From: Bacteroidota bacterium
GTDB taxonomy: Bacteria > Bacteroidota > Bacteroidia > Chitinophagales > Chitinophagaceae
Length of the DNA stretch: 64,000 bases
Reading direction: 5' to 3'
Assembly (NCBI GenBank): GCA_039796695.1
Contig: JBDKJF010000015.1
Coordinates: forward strand, 1,144 to 65,143
In this document: positions 37,371 to 47,300 of the stretch, one piece after another
How the letters are laid out: each line of letters opens with the position of its first letter
Numbering within the stretch: position 1 is the stretch's first letter
Notes under the pieces: model-generated
Seen by the model: the letters and a program-made list of their open reading frames with translations, nothing else
What the model was told of the DNA's origin: nothing
The model's database searches: none
Position numbers and translations under genes: made by a program

Positions 37371-39419
37371 TTACTTTTTACTCCAATTAAATGTAATGCC
37401 GGCAAAAAAAGAACGGCCCGTAGCAATATTTCTAACTCCATTATTGGTATGCACACCGCCCGTAGCATAATTACTGGTAATGCTATTTACATTAAATAGA
37501 TTTCTGATACCGCCTGTAAATAAAAAATTATGGCCGGCTTTTTTGTTGATGGTAACATCTGCCATGTGGTATGCCGCCTGTTCGGTAAGTACTAATTGCT
37601 GATTGTTATTAATCGCATAAAAAGGTCGCTTACCAGTGTATTTATAAAACAGGTTTATATCTATTTCTACTTTAGGGAAAGTATACCCTACGGTACTATT
37701 TACTTCGGGCGACCATTGTAGCTGTGGTAATGCATCATCGTTTGCTGCATAATCATTATAAAACCCCGTATAAGCTCCACCTACCGAAAAAAGCAACGAT
37801 TTATTTTTGGTTTGTAGATTTATGTTTGCACCAGCTGTTTTACTATTGGCTACATTGGTAAGTATAAATACATTGGGATCGCTGGCAGATACTGCATAGT
37901 CAATCAAATTTTTAACGCTATTATAAAAACCGCTTAGGGCAATGGTGTAGATTTTTTTTGCTTTAGTAATTGGGCTCCAAGTAAGAGAGCCGGTATAACT
38001 GTTAGAAGTTTCTGCTTTTAAATCTTTGTTGCCAAAAATTTGATGATTAGCATCAAAGAAATTAAAATAAAGTTCTCGTAAAGATGGCGAGCGAAAACCG
38101 CTGGCATAAGCAAGGCGCAGATCTAAACTTTTACTTAAGGTAATTTTTGTATTAATTGATGGCACTACAGGTGGTGCATTATACACCGTATTTTTAATAA
38201 CCCGTATGCCAGGTCGGATATTAACTTTTTTAGAGGGCGTAAGTTCTGATGTAATAAAGAAGGCATAATCATCTACTTTATTATTTCCAGTAGTCAAACG
38301 TTCGCCATTACCTCTATCTAAATTAATATCTACACCGGATTGAAAGGATAACAATTTAGATACGCTATAATTAACAAAGCTGCGGAGGGTGAAGCCATTA
38401 AAATGTATAAGTGCTTGCCTACCGGTGGCCATGTCTAATGCCACTTTACCTGTTTGCTGACTAAGTGTGGTAGAAAAAACCTGCCTACGGTAATCTGAAA
38501 AAGTAGATTGCAGTTGAAAATTTAATTTACTGTTTACAAAATACGAGGATTGCAACTGGTGCATTAGCCTACTGGTAAGGTACTCTTGATCTTGCGCTAA
38601 CCATTCGCCAGAGGCGGGTTGAAAAAATATATAATTGCCTGGGTTGGTAATTACTTCGTCTATTCCATCTAACCGATAACGGATGTTGAAATTATTTTTA
38701 TAGTAGGCCAAAAATGCATTGGCAAGCAACTGATCTTTTTTATGCCATGCTAGCTCTCTGCCGGTAAGTGTATCTTTCCATCCTCCAAAATAATTATGTG
38801 TAAATCCTCCACCTAGTTCCCAATATTTTTTTCGGTAGCTTAGGCTTACCGATTGGTTGTGTATGCCTTGTTGAAAGCCATACTCATTGCCAATGCTTTC
38901 TTCTACTAAACGGGCCGTTAGACTTATGTTTGCCGTTGCTGCTTTTTTGGTAATAATATTGATAACACCTGCCAAGGCGTCGGCACCATATACCACACTC
39001 ATTGGACCTTCTACAATTTCAATCCTTTCGATAGTATTAATATCAATTTGGTTAATATTTATTTCATTGGAAGTTCCTTGTCTGCCAGTCATTGGCAAGC
39101 CATCTAATAAAATTTTTACGTTCTGGCCTTTTAATCCCATCATAGTAATACCTGCACCTCCTGTAGCCACATCTTGCGTAAAGCGAATATTTAATTCATT
39201 ATTTAAAACCGTTTGCAGATTTACGGCCGCTTGCCGTTGAATTCTATCGGCTGTAATGGTGCGAACTTGGTACACGGAGTTTTTTGCAGACTGTGGTTTA
39301 TATTGCCCTGTTACTACTATATTCTCCAATTCCTTTTGCGTAAGGGTATCTGTAGTTAGCTGAGCTAATAATCCATTTACATTTACTAGCATTAATAAAA
39401 TCAACAAACTGTACTTCAT
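37371..39419 (-). CDS. TonB-dependent receptor (HmuR/BtuB-size class)
   Basis: Signal peptide, a plug region (NVKILLDGLPMTG, IERIEIVEGPMSVVYGADALAGVINIITK) and a 22-strand-sized barrel (682 aa). Confidence 0.9.
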   Translation of the reverse strand: MKYSLLILLMLVNVNGLLAQLTTDTLTQKELENIVVTGQYKPQSAKNSVYQVRTITADRIQRQAAVNLQTVLNNELNIRFTQDVATGGAGITMMGLKGQNVKILLDGLPMTGRQGTSNEININQIDINTIERIEIVEGPMSVVYGADALAGVINIITKKAATANISLTARLVEESIGNEYGFQQGIHNQSVSLSYRKKYWELGGGFTHNYFGGWKDTLTGRELAWHKKDQLLANAFLAYYKNNFNIRYRLDGIDEVITNPGNYIFFQPASGEWLAQDQEYLTSRLMHQLQSSYFVNSKLNFQLQSTFSDYRRQVFSTTLSQQTGKVALDMATGRQALIHFNGFTLRSFVNYSVSKLLSFQSGVDINLDRGNGERLTTGNNKVDDYAFFITSELTPSKKVNIRPGIRVIKNTVYNAPPVVPSINTKITLSKSLDLRLAYASGFRSPSLRELYFNFFDANHQIFGNKDLKAETSNSYTGSLTWSPITKAKKIYTIALSGFYNSVKNLIDYAVSASDPNVFILTNVANSKTAGANINLQTKNKSLLFSVGGAYTGFYNDYAANDDALPQLQWSPEVNSTVGYTFPKVEIDINLFYKYTGKRPFYAINNNQQLVLTEQAAYHMADVTINKKAGHNFLFTGGIRNLFNVNSITSNYATGGVHTNNGVRNIATGRSFFAGITFNWSKK

Positions 39420-39505
39420 ATTTCATCATTTTCAGGCGCAAAGGTGAATTAGTCAGTACTCTTAATTATCATGCCACTGTCAAGAAGATAAAATACAGGG
39501 ATATA

Positions 39506-39522
39506 TGACAGATTAATGACAG
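39506..39522. promoter_or_regulatory. direct repeat TGACAG-N5-TGACAG (plus an inverted CTGTCA at 39477-39482) upstream of the TBDR gene
   Basis: ATGACAG occurs twice with 11-bp periodicity, 87-103 nt upstream of the ATG at 39419. Confidence 0.25.
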
Positions 39523-39583
39523 CACTAAAAAAAAAGGTACAGTGTGTTTAACTTATATGTTTTTGAGGATTGATTTTCTACAC

Positions 39584-39610
39584 AAAAAAATGCCGCTACA
39601 GGAGCGGCAT
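39584..39610 (-). terminator. rho-independent terminator after the TBDR gene 39631-41838
   Basis: The minus strand reads TGCCGCT-CCTGT-AGCGGCA followed by TTTTTTT. Confidence 0.8.
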
Positions 39611-39630
39611 TGTCATTGTAAGTTGCTATT

Positions 39631-41838
39631 TTAAAACTTTGTACCTATGCTTAAAAAGAAAGTTCGCCCATCTGCAGGTAATGCACCAGGGCCGGGATAA
39701 CCACCAGCACGACGGGTAAAATATTTTTTGTCAAATAGATTATTCAACCCCGCTTTTAGGTTTAGTTTTTTGGAAAATTTACAGGTTAATGTAATATCGG
39801 TAATAGTGTAGGCCGGTATTAAGCCTGTATTACCATTTGCTGTAGGTGTTAAGGTATTATTTGCATCACTAAAGGTTTCGCCTACATGGCTTACTTGTGT
39901 GGTGAATAAAACATTTTTGTAACCTACGCTAATGCCGCCACGAAAAATATGTGTAGGTGCATTTTCCACTTTTTTCCCTTTTGTAGCAGCGTCCTTATGA
40001 TCGTTACTGTAGCGTGCATTCGTGTACGCATAGGATGAAAAAAGTATAATATCTGCATTTGTGTTTTTGGTAAAAGCCCGCCATGGATTAAACTCAATAT
40101 AACTTTCTATGCCTTTACTAATGCTACTACCCACATTTGTAATTAAGCGATAAGAAGGAGTACCAGAAACAGTTAGTGTGCCAATTCTGTTATTGTATAA
40201 GAGATAATAGGTACTTATATCAAATTGCAAAAAGTTTTTTACTTTGCCGCGGTATCCTAAATCAATATTATATCCCCTTGCATCTTTTAGATCTTGATCT
40301 ACCACATCGGTAGTAGGTGGCGCTTGCAAATTGGCAAACTGTATAGGCCTGTAGGCTTGCGTTATATTTCCATAAAACTCTGTACGATCATTAACATGAT
40401 ACTCTGCACCTATGCCGGCGATTATAAAACCCCGACTTCGTGTAATATTTTGTAATAAGATTTCAGTGCCGCCAGCGGTGTAACCGTTTCTACCCGAAGC
40501 TGCCCCTTGCAACCACTCATAACGAATACCTGGTATAATGCAAATTTTATCGGTTAACCTGAAAATATTCTCTGCAAAAACAGCGGCATTCTTTGAATCA
40601 AATTCAACATCTCTTGGATAGTTGCCTGCTATGGTTACATCATAGTCTGTACCTGTAGAGCCTTTACCATCAGCTTCTCTATAGGTAGTGCCGGTGTACA
40701 AACGAATACCTCCAGAAAATGTGTTGTCCATTTTTCCTAAGCGATAGTTGCTAAGTAAACGGCTCTCTAATCCAAGGTTTCTATACTTATCTAAATTAAC
40801 CACCCGGTTATTATACTGCAAAGTGGCAGCATTAATACTATCCCTGGTAAGAATGCTTTGTAAAAAACCTACGCTATTTCTGTTACCAATGGTTGCAAAC
40901 AATTTAGTATTCCATTTAGTATTGGCAGAAATTTGATAATTGGCTATTAAGGCCGGAGTAGTCCATGCAATATCAAACCAGTTTCTGCTACGAAAACTTT
41001 GTTGCGCATTGGCCTGTACCTGCGCATCGGTTAAGCCGCCGGGCTGCTGACTGCGGATGTGCGAATGCATTACCTCCGCTGTTATAGAAAATTTAGGAGT
41101 AATATAATAAGTGGCTGTAGCAAAACCAGCATTGGAAAAATAACGGCTATTATTTCGCCAACCATCCCCATTACGATGATCGAAGAAAGCATAATAATGC
41201 ACTTTATTAGATTTTCCACCAATGGCATTATAGGAGTTAAATAAAGCATTGCTACCAACAGTCTGCTGCGTTTCAAACTCCACTTTTTTATTTATTTCAC
41301 TGCCATTACGAAGTATATAGTTAACCAAGCCACCAAACTGTGGACCATATTGCAGTGCTCCTTGCCCTCGTACTACTTCTATGCGCTGTACCGCCTGCAA
41401 CTGCGGATTGTAGTAAGCCTCCGGATAACCGTAGGGGTCTGCGGCTATATCATACCCATTTTGGCGGATGTTAAACTCCCAACTACGGTTGGGGCTAAGG
41501 CCCCTTGCTGCTATGCCAATTTGAATACCACTGGGGTCGCTTTCCCAAATATGTATACCCGGCACTTTACTCATTACCTGCCGCATAGTATTAGTAACCA
41601 CATTCCCTTGTACATTATCCATTACTATCAATGCATTTTTTTTACCAGCATAAATAGAGGTGCCTACCACTTCGGGCATTTGATGATAATCGCTTTTACT
41701 ATTTCTACCCACCACGGTTACATCGGGTAAATATTTATGTGTAGGTGCCGTTGTATCATCGGGTATACTTTTATTAAATTCCTGGGCATTGGCATGTATA
41801 GATGCCAATAATCCTGTTAAAAACCATATTCTAAGCAT
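39631..41838 (-). CDS. TonB-dependent receptor (siderophore/metal-type)
   Basis: MLRIWFLTGLLASIHANAQ signal from the ATG at 41838, a plug region (VQRIEVVRGQGALQYGPQFGGLVNY) and the C-terminal GRTFFLSIGTKF. Confidence 0.9.
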   Translation of the reverse strand: MLRIWFLTGLLASIHANAQEFNKSIPDDTTAPTHKYLPDVTVVGRNSKSDYHQMPEVVGTSIYAGKKNALIVMDNVQGNVVTNTMRQVMSKVPGIHIWESDPSGIQIGIAARGLSPNRSWEFNIRQNGYDIAADPYGYPEAYYNPQLQAVQRIEVVRGQGALQYGPQFGGLVNYILRNGSEINKKVEFETQQTVGSNALFNSYNAIGGKSNKVHYYAFFDHRNGDGWRNNSRYFSNAGFATATYYITPKFSITAEVMHSHIRSQQPGGLTDAQVQANAQQSFRSRNWFDIAWTTPALIANYQISANTKWNTKLFATIGNRNSVGFLQSILTRDSINAATLQYNNRVVNLDKYRNLGLESRLLSNYRLGKMDNTFSGGIRLYTGTTYREADGKGSTGTDYDVTIAGNYPRDVEFDSKNAAVFAENIFRLTDKICIIPGIRYEWLQGAASGRNGYTAGGTEILLQNITRSRGFIIAGIGAEYHVNDRTEFYGNITQAYRPIQFANLQAPPTTDVVDQDLKDARGYNIDLGYRGKVKNFLQFDISTYYLLYNNRIGTLTVSGTPSYRLITNVGSSISKGIESYIEFNPWRAFTKNTNADIILFSSYAYTNARYSNDHKDAATKGKKVENAPTHIFRGGISVGYKNVLFTTQVSHVGETFSDANNTLTPTANGNTGLIPAYTITDITLTCKFSKKLNLKAGLNNLFDKKYFTRRAGGYPGPGALPADGRTFFLSIGTKF

Positions 41839-41939
41839 TGTATATTTATTAGGCCGCAAATGTCGGCCGGGCTACTAGGTGTAAAATGCCGCTTTGGGAA
41901 AAATGGTTTACGGAAAAAGAAAAAGCTTAGCCCTTTGCA

Positions 41940-42653
41940 TTAGTTTAGGCAATACCGTAAACGCAAACTTATGGGCATATGTAAGCCGCCTGCATTTTCA
42001 TGTAAGGGAGCTATATATAACCATTCTCGAATACCAAGCGATGATGGCTTTTGATAACCACTAGGAATATTTTTTAGTTTTACTTTTCTGTTTTTTCCCC
42101 CCAAGCCTATTGCAATTTCTAACTTCCATTTTTCATTGCTTGATAAGTTAATAACGCTGCCGCCAATTAAGGCTAAGCCTAATGTATTGGCTTTAGCAGT
42201 AAACGGGTAATTATATAAAGTATCATTCAAAACGGAGTTAATAAATGTAGCCTTTGCATTAAACCTTACCGGCTTTACCATACCTTGTATTCCGATGAAA
42301 GTTTCAATTTTTCCAGCCATTGATCTAAACGGTAATAAGGGTAAAATACGTTTCCGATTATTTAAAAAATGGTATCGATATTCTAACAACCATCTACTAC
42401 CTCGTAGTTTTGAAAAGCCTGTGTTTGTATAAAAAGGTGAGGTGGCTACATAAGCAGCCTCTATCAATATTTCACTTCTTTCTGTATACCACCATCCTGC
42501 TGATGGACCAATGGCAAACTGAGGCGCTGCAATAGAAAAAAAATTGAAGCTTATATATTGGTTATTTTTTTCCATTCCCTCCCATTTTTTGGGCGACTGT
42601 GCCAATAAAAAATGAAAAGTAAAAGTGAAGTATATACTAAAAAAATATTTCAT
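41940..42653 (-). CDS. hypothetical outer-membrane beta-barrel-like protein
   Basis: MKYFFSIYFTFTFHFLLAQ signal from the ATG at 42653 and aromatic-rich alternating strands. I recognise no family. Confidence 0.45.
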   Translation of the reverse strand: MKYFFSIYFTFTFHFLLAQSPKKWEGMEKNNQYISFNFFSIAAPQFAIGPSAGWWYTERSEILIEAAYVATSPFYTNTGFSKLRGSRWLLEYRYHFLNNRKRILPLLPFRSMAGKIETFIGIQGMVKPVRFNAKATFINSVLNDTLYNYPFTAKANTLGLALIGGSVINLSSNEKWKLEIAIGLGGKNRKVKLKNIPSGYQKPSSLGIREWLYIAPLHENAGGLHMPISLRLRYCLN

Positions 42654-42686
42654 GTGGTTTAAAACAAGATAAAAAATTAGCTGCAC

Positions 42687-42714
42687 AAAAAAGCCCTGCT
42701 ATTAAAGCAGGGCC
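42687..42714 (-). terminator. rho-independent terminator after the DUF4920 gene
   Basis: The minus strand reads GCCCTGCT-TTAAT-AGCAGGGC followed by TTTTTT. Confidence 0.8.
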
Positions 42715-42733
42715 TATCAAAAAAGGTACATTA

Positions 42734-43213
42734 TTATTTAACCACTACAATTCCTTTTGCTAATACTTTAATTTCTTTTTTTGCTTCTGTAATTGCATCT
42801 ATTTCAGCTTGGCTTTTTTTAGCATCTTCTGCATAGTGTTTTTGTTCTGCTACAGAAATCGTTTTCATCGAAACATCTCCTTCTATCACCACTGTTTTAC
42901 CTTGTGCGGCTACGGGCAAAAAGAAACCATAATCTTTCATTTTTACCAAAGCCTTTTCACCATTGTTAAGTTCTAAGGTTAACCAGCATCCTTTTTTGGC
43001 GCATACTTCTGTTACTTTAGCCTCAATTTTTATGTTTTCAAAAGCGGGCGATCCGCCTTTTAACTTTTTAGCCACGTCATTTACATTCATGGCACCTTCG
43101 GCAGATATTTGTTCGCCATACCATTCGCCGGGTTTTGCTTCGCCAGCTGGCGGTTGCGCATTAGTTATACATCCAAAAGTGGCAATGGCCAGTGTAAGTA
43201 ATAATTTTTTCAT
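42734..43213 (-). CDS. DUF4920 domain-containing protein
   Basis: Signal peptide plus VTEVCAKKGCWLTLELNNGEKALVKMKDYGFFLP, the characteristic DUF4920 core as I remember it. Confidence 0.65.
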   Translation of the reverse strand: MKKLLLTLAIATFGCITNAQPPAGEAKPGEWYGEQISAEGAMNVNDVAKKLKGGSPAFENIKIEAKVTEVCAKKGCWLTLELNNGEKALVKMKDYGFFLPVAAQGKTVVIEGDVSMKTISVAEQKHYAEDAKKSQAEIDAITEAKKEIKVLAKGIVVVK

Positions 43214-43273
43214 ATTCTTTTTTTAAAAATTCATTTAGGATTGTAAAGATAGTTTTTATTTAGAAATGGTTGC

Positions 43274-44392
43274 CTAAAGTGGCAAAACAGGCTTTTGGAA
43301 CGAAACTGGCGGGGCGGTTATGGCTTTTAAGAACTGTATTAGGTCTTGATTTTCTTTTGGCGTAAGTGAAAACGGTTGAATAAGTGTGTCTGCACCCGGT
43401 AAGCGAGCTGCCCCTTTTTGATAATGTGCAATGATGCTGTCCATTTTTATTATAGCGCCATGGTGCATCCAGGGGCTAGTACGTATAACATCACGTAAAG
43501 AAGGTGTTTTAAATTTTCCGATATCAGCTTGTTGATGACTTACTAAATAATACCCTTTATCCAGGGGGCTATTATCGGCTTGTGGAAAACCATTATGGTG
43601 AAATAAGTTGTCCGTAAATAATGGACCATAGTGGCAGTTCATACATCTTGCTTTTGTTCTAAAGATGTGTAGCCCGCGCAGCTCACTACTTGTTAATGCA
43701 TTTTTATTTCCTTTTAAAAATTTATCAAACTTGGTTTCGTTACTTGTAATTGTTTTTTCAAAAGTGGCAATGGCTTCTGTCATTACAAAGGGATCAATTT
43801 CGTAGCTGCCAAAAGCCTCCTTAAACATTTTTTTATAGCCTTTGCTTTTACTAAGTTTTCGCATTACCTCGTGCATCTCACTATGCATTTCAATTTCGCT
43901 ATTGATTGGGGCAAAAGCTTGATCCTGTAAATTACTAGAACGTCCATCCCAAAATAATCTGTTATAATACCAGCTGTTTTGAATAGTTGGTGCGTTTCGT
44001 TTTGTAATAGCTCCTTCATGCCCGATGGATTTTTCTTTTCCATCTGTCCAGTTTAGTTCCGGTACATGGCAAGTGGCGCAACTTATTTTACCAGAGCCGC
44101 TTAGTCTTGTATCAAAAAAAAGGGCTTTGCCTAATTCAATAATTTTTTTTAAGGAGTCGTTTGGGTTTGATAGCGGACCTGCTGGTAATACCCCTAATTC
44201 CTTCCACTCCACCCCGTCATCAACTGCAGGCGCTGGCCATTCTGAAGGAGGTCTACTATAAATAATGCGGAGGCTTTCTGTGGTAAAAGACACCAGCAAA
44301 AAACCTCCGCATATAATTAAAAGTAAAAGCTTGTATTTTCTTTGCAAATGGAATTTTATTAATACTTCAAAAATCATGAAATTAAACAGCAT
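43274..44392 (-). CDS. di-haem cytochrome c peroxidase / MauG family protein
   Basis: Has two CxxCH sites (CATCHVPELNWTDG and CMNCHYGPLFTD), FFDTRLSGSG, WDGR and an N-terminal TM anchor. The ATG at 44392 overlaps the upstream TAA (TAATG). An alternative ATG lies at 44377. Confidence 0.9.
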   Translation of the reverse strand: MLFNFMIFEVLIKFHLQRKYKLLLLIICGGFLLVSFTTESLRIIYSRPPSEWPAPAVDDGVEWKELGVLPAGPLSNPNDSLKKIIELGKALFFDTRLSGSGKISCATCHVPELNWTDGKEKSIGHEGAITKRNAPTIQNSWYYNRLFWDGRSSNLQDQAFAPINSEIEMHSEMHEVMRKLSKSKGYKKMFKEAFGSYEIDPFVMTEAIATFEKTITSNETKFDKFLKGNKNALTSSELRGLHIFRTKARCMNCHYGPLFTDNLFHHNGFPQADNSPLDKGYYLVSHQQADIGKFKTPSLRDVIRTSPWMHHGAIIKMDSIIAHYQKGAARLPGADTLIQPFSLTPKENQDLIQFLKAITAPPVSFQKPVLPL

Positions 44393-47300
44393 TACCGAAT
44401 ATTACCAATCGCATTTTTTGCAGTATCATGTTTTGTTTTTAAAACATTAGAAATAGCGTTACCATTTCCATCTTCAGAAAAAACAATAATAATATCTTCA
44501 TCGACTGCTACTCCTGCATTCATCATCATTCGTAGGGGTTGACCCGGCGGCAATCCATTTAATGATAGGCGGCCTTGGGTATCTGTTTCTTTTTTATAAA
44601 CAACACCATTATTACTGGTAAACCAAACAGCTGCCCTGCTAACGGGCTGGCCCGGTGGCAAACCATTTAATCCTATTCTAGTAGTTGCTGGTATATCCTC
44701 CCCATTGGCTGTAATTATTACACATACTCCATCTGCACACTCAATTTTTTTAATTGCAACTGGTGTACTATTCCATTTACCCGCTGCTACAGATGAGGAG
44801 GATGCTCCACCCGTAATTAATCGCCCTTCTTTTTCATCCACATGCGGATCGCCCCATACGCTGCGGTCTATTGCTTCTGGTGCTGTCCATTTTACGGGGG
44901 GTTTATTATTTACAGCAAACACTTGTGTTTGCAAGGTTTGTTTTATTCCGCTGTTTTTCCTTTGTACACCGGGTTTATCAATGCTGATTGTTGCTACTTC
45001 TCCGTTTATATTCATATAGCTGCTTTCCATTTCGCCATCACCATCCAAATCAGCTATTACAATAGCATTATCTGTACGATTGCTGCGCACCGTATTATTA
45101 TTTTGTGCCTTCATCTGATTGTTTGGGTCATTGTCTCTGCCATTCATCTTATCACCAAACGTGGACCCTTGTGTTTGCTTAGGTACAGTTACATTCATTG
45201 ATATGCGGTTTGGCATTTGGTTGTTAATACCGTTAATGCCACTTTTAGCACTTGGGTTACTTCCATCAGCATCTGGCTTTTCCATACTAACGGACGAAGA
45301 TTTATTTGATCGGGATGAATTATGATCCTGTACTCTTGTTTGCATTTCGTCACCATTACCAGCCATTATGCTGGAACTTTTATTTGATCGAGATGAATTA
45401 TGATCCTGTACTCTTGTTTGCATTTCGTCACTATTACCAGCCATTTTGCTGGCAGTTTTATTTGATCGGGATGAATTATAATCCTGTGCTCTTGTTTGCA
45501 TTTCGTCACTATTACCAGCCATTTTGCTGGCAGTTTTATTTGATCGGGATGAATTATAATCCTGTGCTCTTGTTTGCATTTCATTACCCAAGCTTACTGT
45601 GGTTTCATCATCTACATAATACATAAGATCAGCTGTGAAAGTATAACTCCCTTCCTCTAAATCGGTAAACTCAAATTCTCCAAACGCATTTGTTTGTGTG
45701 GTGCGCAGGTTACCACCTGGATTTTTTCCTCCTTTAATAGATAATCCGCCAATAGGACTGCCCGGCATTAAATCTGGTGTTAAAACAGGGCCGCTAGGCA
45801 AATTACCACTTACAAGCGTGGCACCTTGCGACACAGCACTACCAGCCGCCTGTAAACCTTGATTTGCTTTTTCGCCAAAGGTGGTACCCTGCGTTTGCTT
45901 TGCTTTTACTTTACCGAGAGCTGCATTATTTCCTACTAATATCTCCGTCATTCCATCGCCATCTAAATCGCCGCTGGCAATTATAATATTTTTAATATTT
46001 GAACGGGATGTATTCACCAACCGATCATTTGATTGATTTGATTTGGTTTTTGTTTTAATTACTGCCTGTGCATGTTCTACAGATCCTGTATCGGTTGTAA
46101 TATCGATACTCCAATAATCTTCAGCAGCTATAATTTCGCCAGCTACATCTGATCGTTTATTTAATACTGCATCATAATTTTTTTCAGCACTAAAGCCTCC
46201 CGCAACTTTTACTACATAATTTCCATCGGGTACATTAGCAAAGAAAAATTCGCCACAAATTTCTGTTTGTGTAGTGGCAACAGTAGCTCTTGTTTGTTTA
46301 TTCAATAAATATACAGTTAACCCTGCCACTCCCCCGCAATCATTGGCGGGGTAACCATTTCTCACCAGTGTTCCAAAAGATGATTGATTGGTTGTTCGTG
46401 TACTACTTGTTTGAGAATTCATTGTTACACTACCACCTCTTGTGGTATTATTCGTAATTATTGCCATGCAGGGATTGCATACATTATTACCTCCCTCTGT
46501 AAAAACTGGTTGATATTGTCTTCTTCCTGTTGCCATTCCACTACCTACTTCCCTACTTCTTTTTCCAGTGGCCTGCCCACTTGAAACATCCCGTACATAA
46601 ATATTGGTAGTAACTCCGGTGCCAGGCACTATTAACCCAGTTGCTGCATAACTGGCCGCAGCAGCACCGCCGCCGCTACCTGCAAGAGATGCTGCTGCAG
46701 ATCTGTTAGTAACTATACCACCCGCTGGTGCCGACAAACTCCATAACACACGACCTGCTACTATATTGTTAGTAGAGCCCGTGCTGACGTTTTCCTGCTC
46801 TGGCTGTATACGTTCATCGCTATCAGTAATTTCCCATGGTTGATAATCCGATTGCTTTTCATAAGCCCGCATATCAGCAGGGCAAGAAAATGTTTTTTCT
46901 TCCGTGCTTCCATCGGGCATTGTTTTCTTAACAGTTACAGGGCCACAATTATCAGCAGGTAAAGCGCTATGTACGCCGGATTCATCAATAGAAATTTCTC
47001 TTTTATTTACAGTGGGTAACACCCTTCTGCCGGTGGCTTGCCCGCTGGCTACATCCCGAATAGAAAGTATACGGTGAACGCCTGGTTCATCAATGGCAAT
47101 TTCTCTTTTGTTTACAGTGGGCAGTACTCGTCTTGTTTCTTCTATTACCACTGTTTTAGCATTACGATGTACCCCCGATTCATCGATTGCAATTTCTCTT
47201 TTATTTACAGTGGGCAACACTCTTTTACTTGGTGCTCCAAATGTTTTTATAATGCCTATACCGGCTGTAAATAATTTTACAGGGCGGGTTTGCTCTGTAG

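Noticed and set aside
39470-39482. GCCACTG string resembling the B12-box core of cobalamin riboswitches upstream of a BtuB-size TBDR
   Set aside because: It lies on the plus strand while the downstream gene is on the minus strand. I see none of the other conserved cobalamin-riboswitch segments on the correct strand.
45295-45582. Possible CRISPR array, because of regularly spaced repeats
   Set aside because: The units are directly tandem with no unique spacers, have a 78-bp period, lie in frame inside a long ORF and have no cas genes nearby.
45306-45626. ORFs 45306-45626(+) and 45366-45584(-) with internally repeated translations
   Set aside because: They are generated by the 78-bp tandem repeat inside the 1208-aa gene. 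The repeat periodicity keeps alternative frames open, and the long minus-strand frame is continuous through the region.
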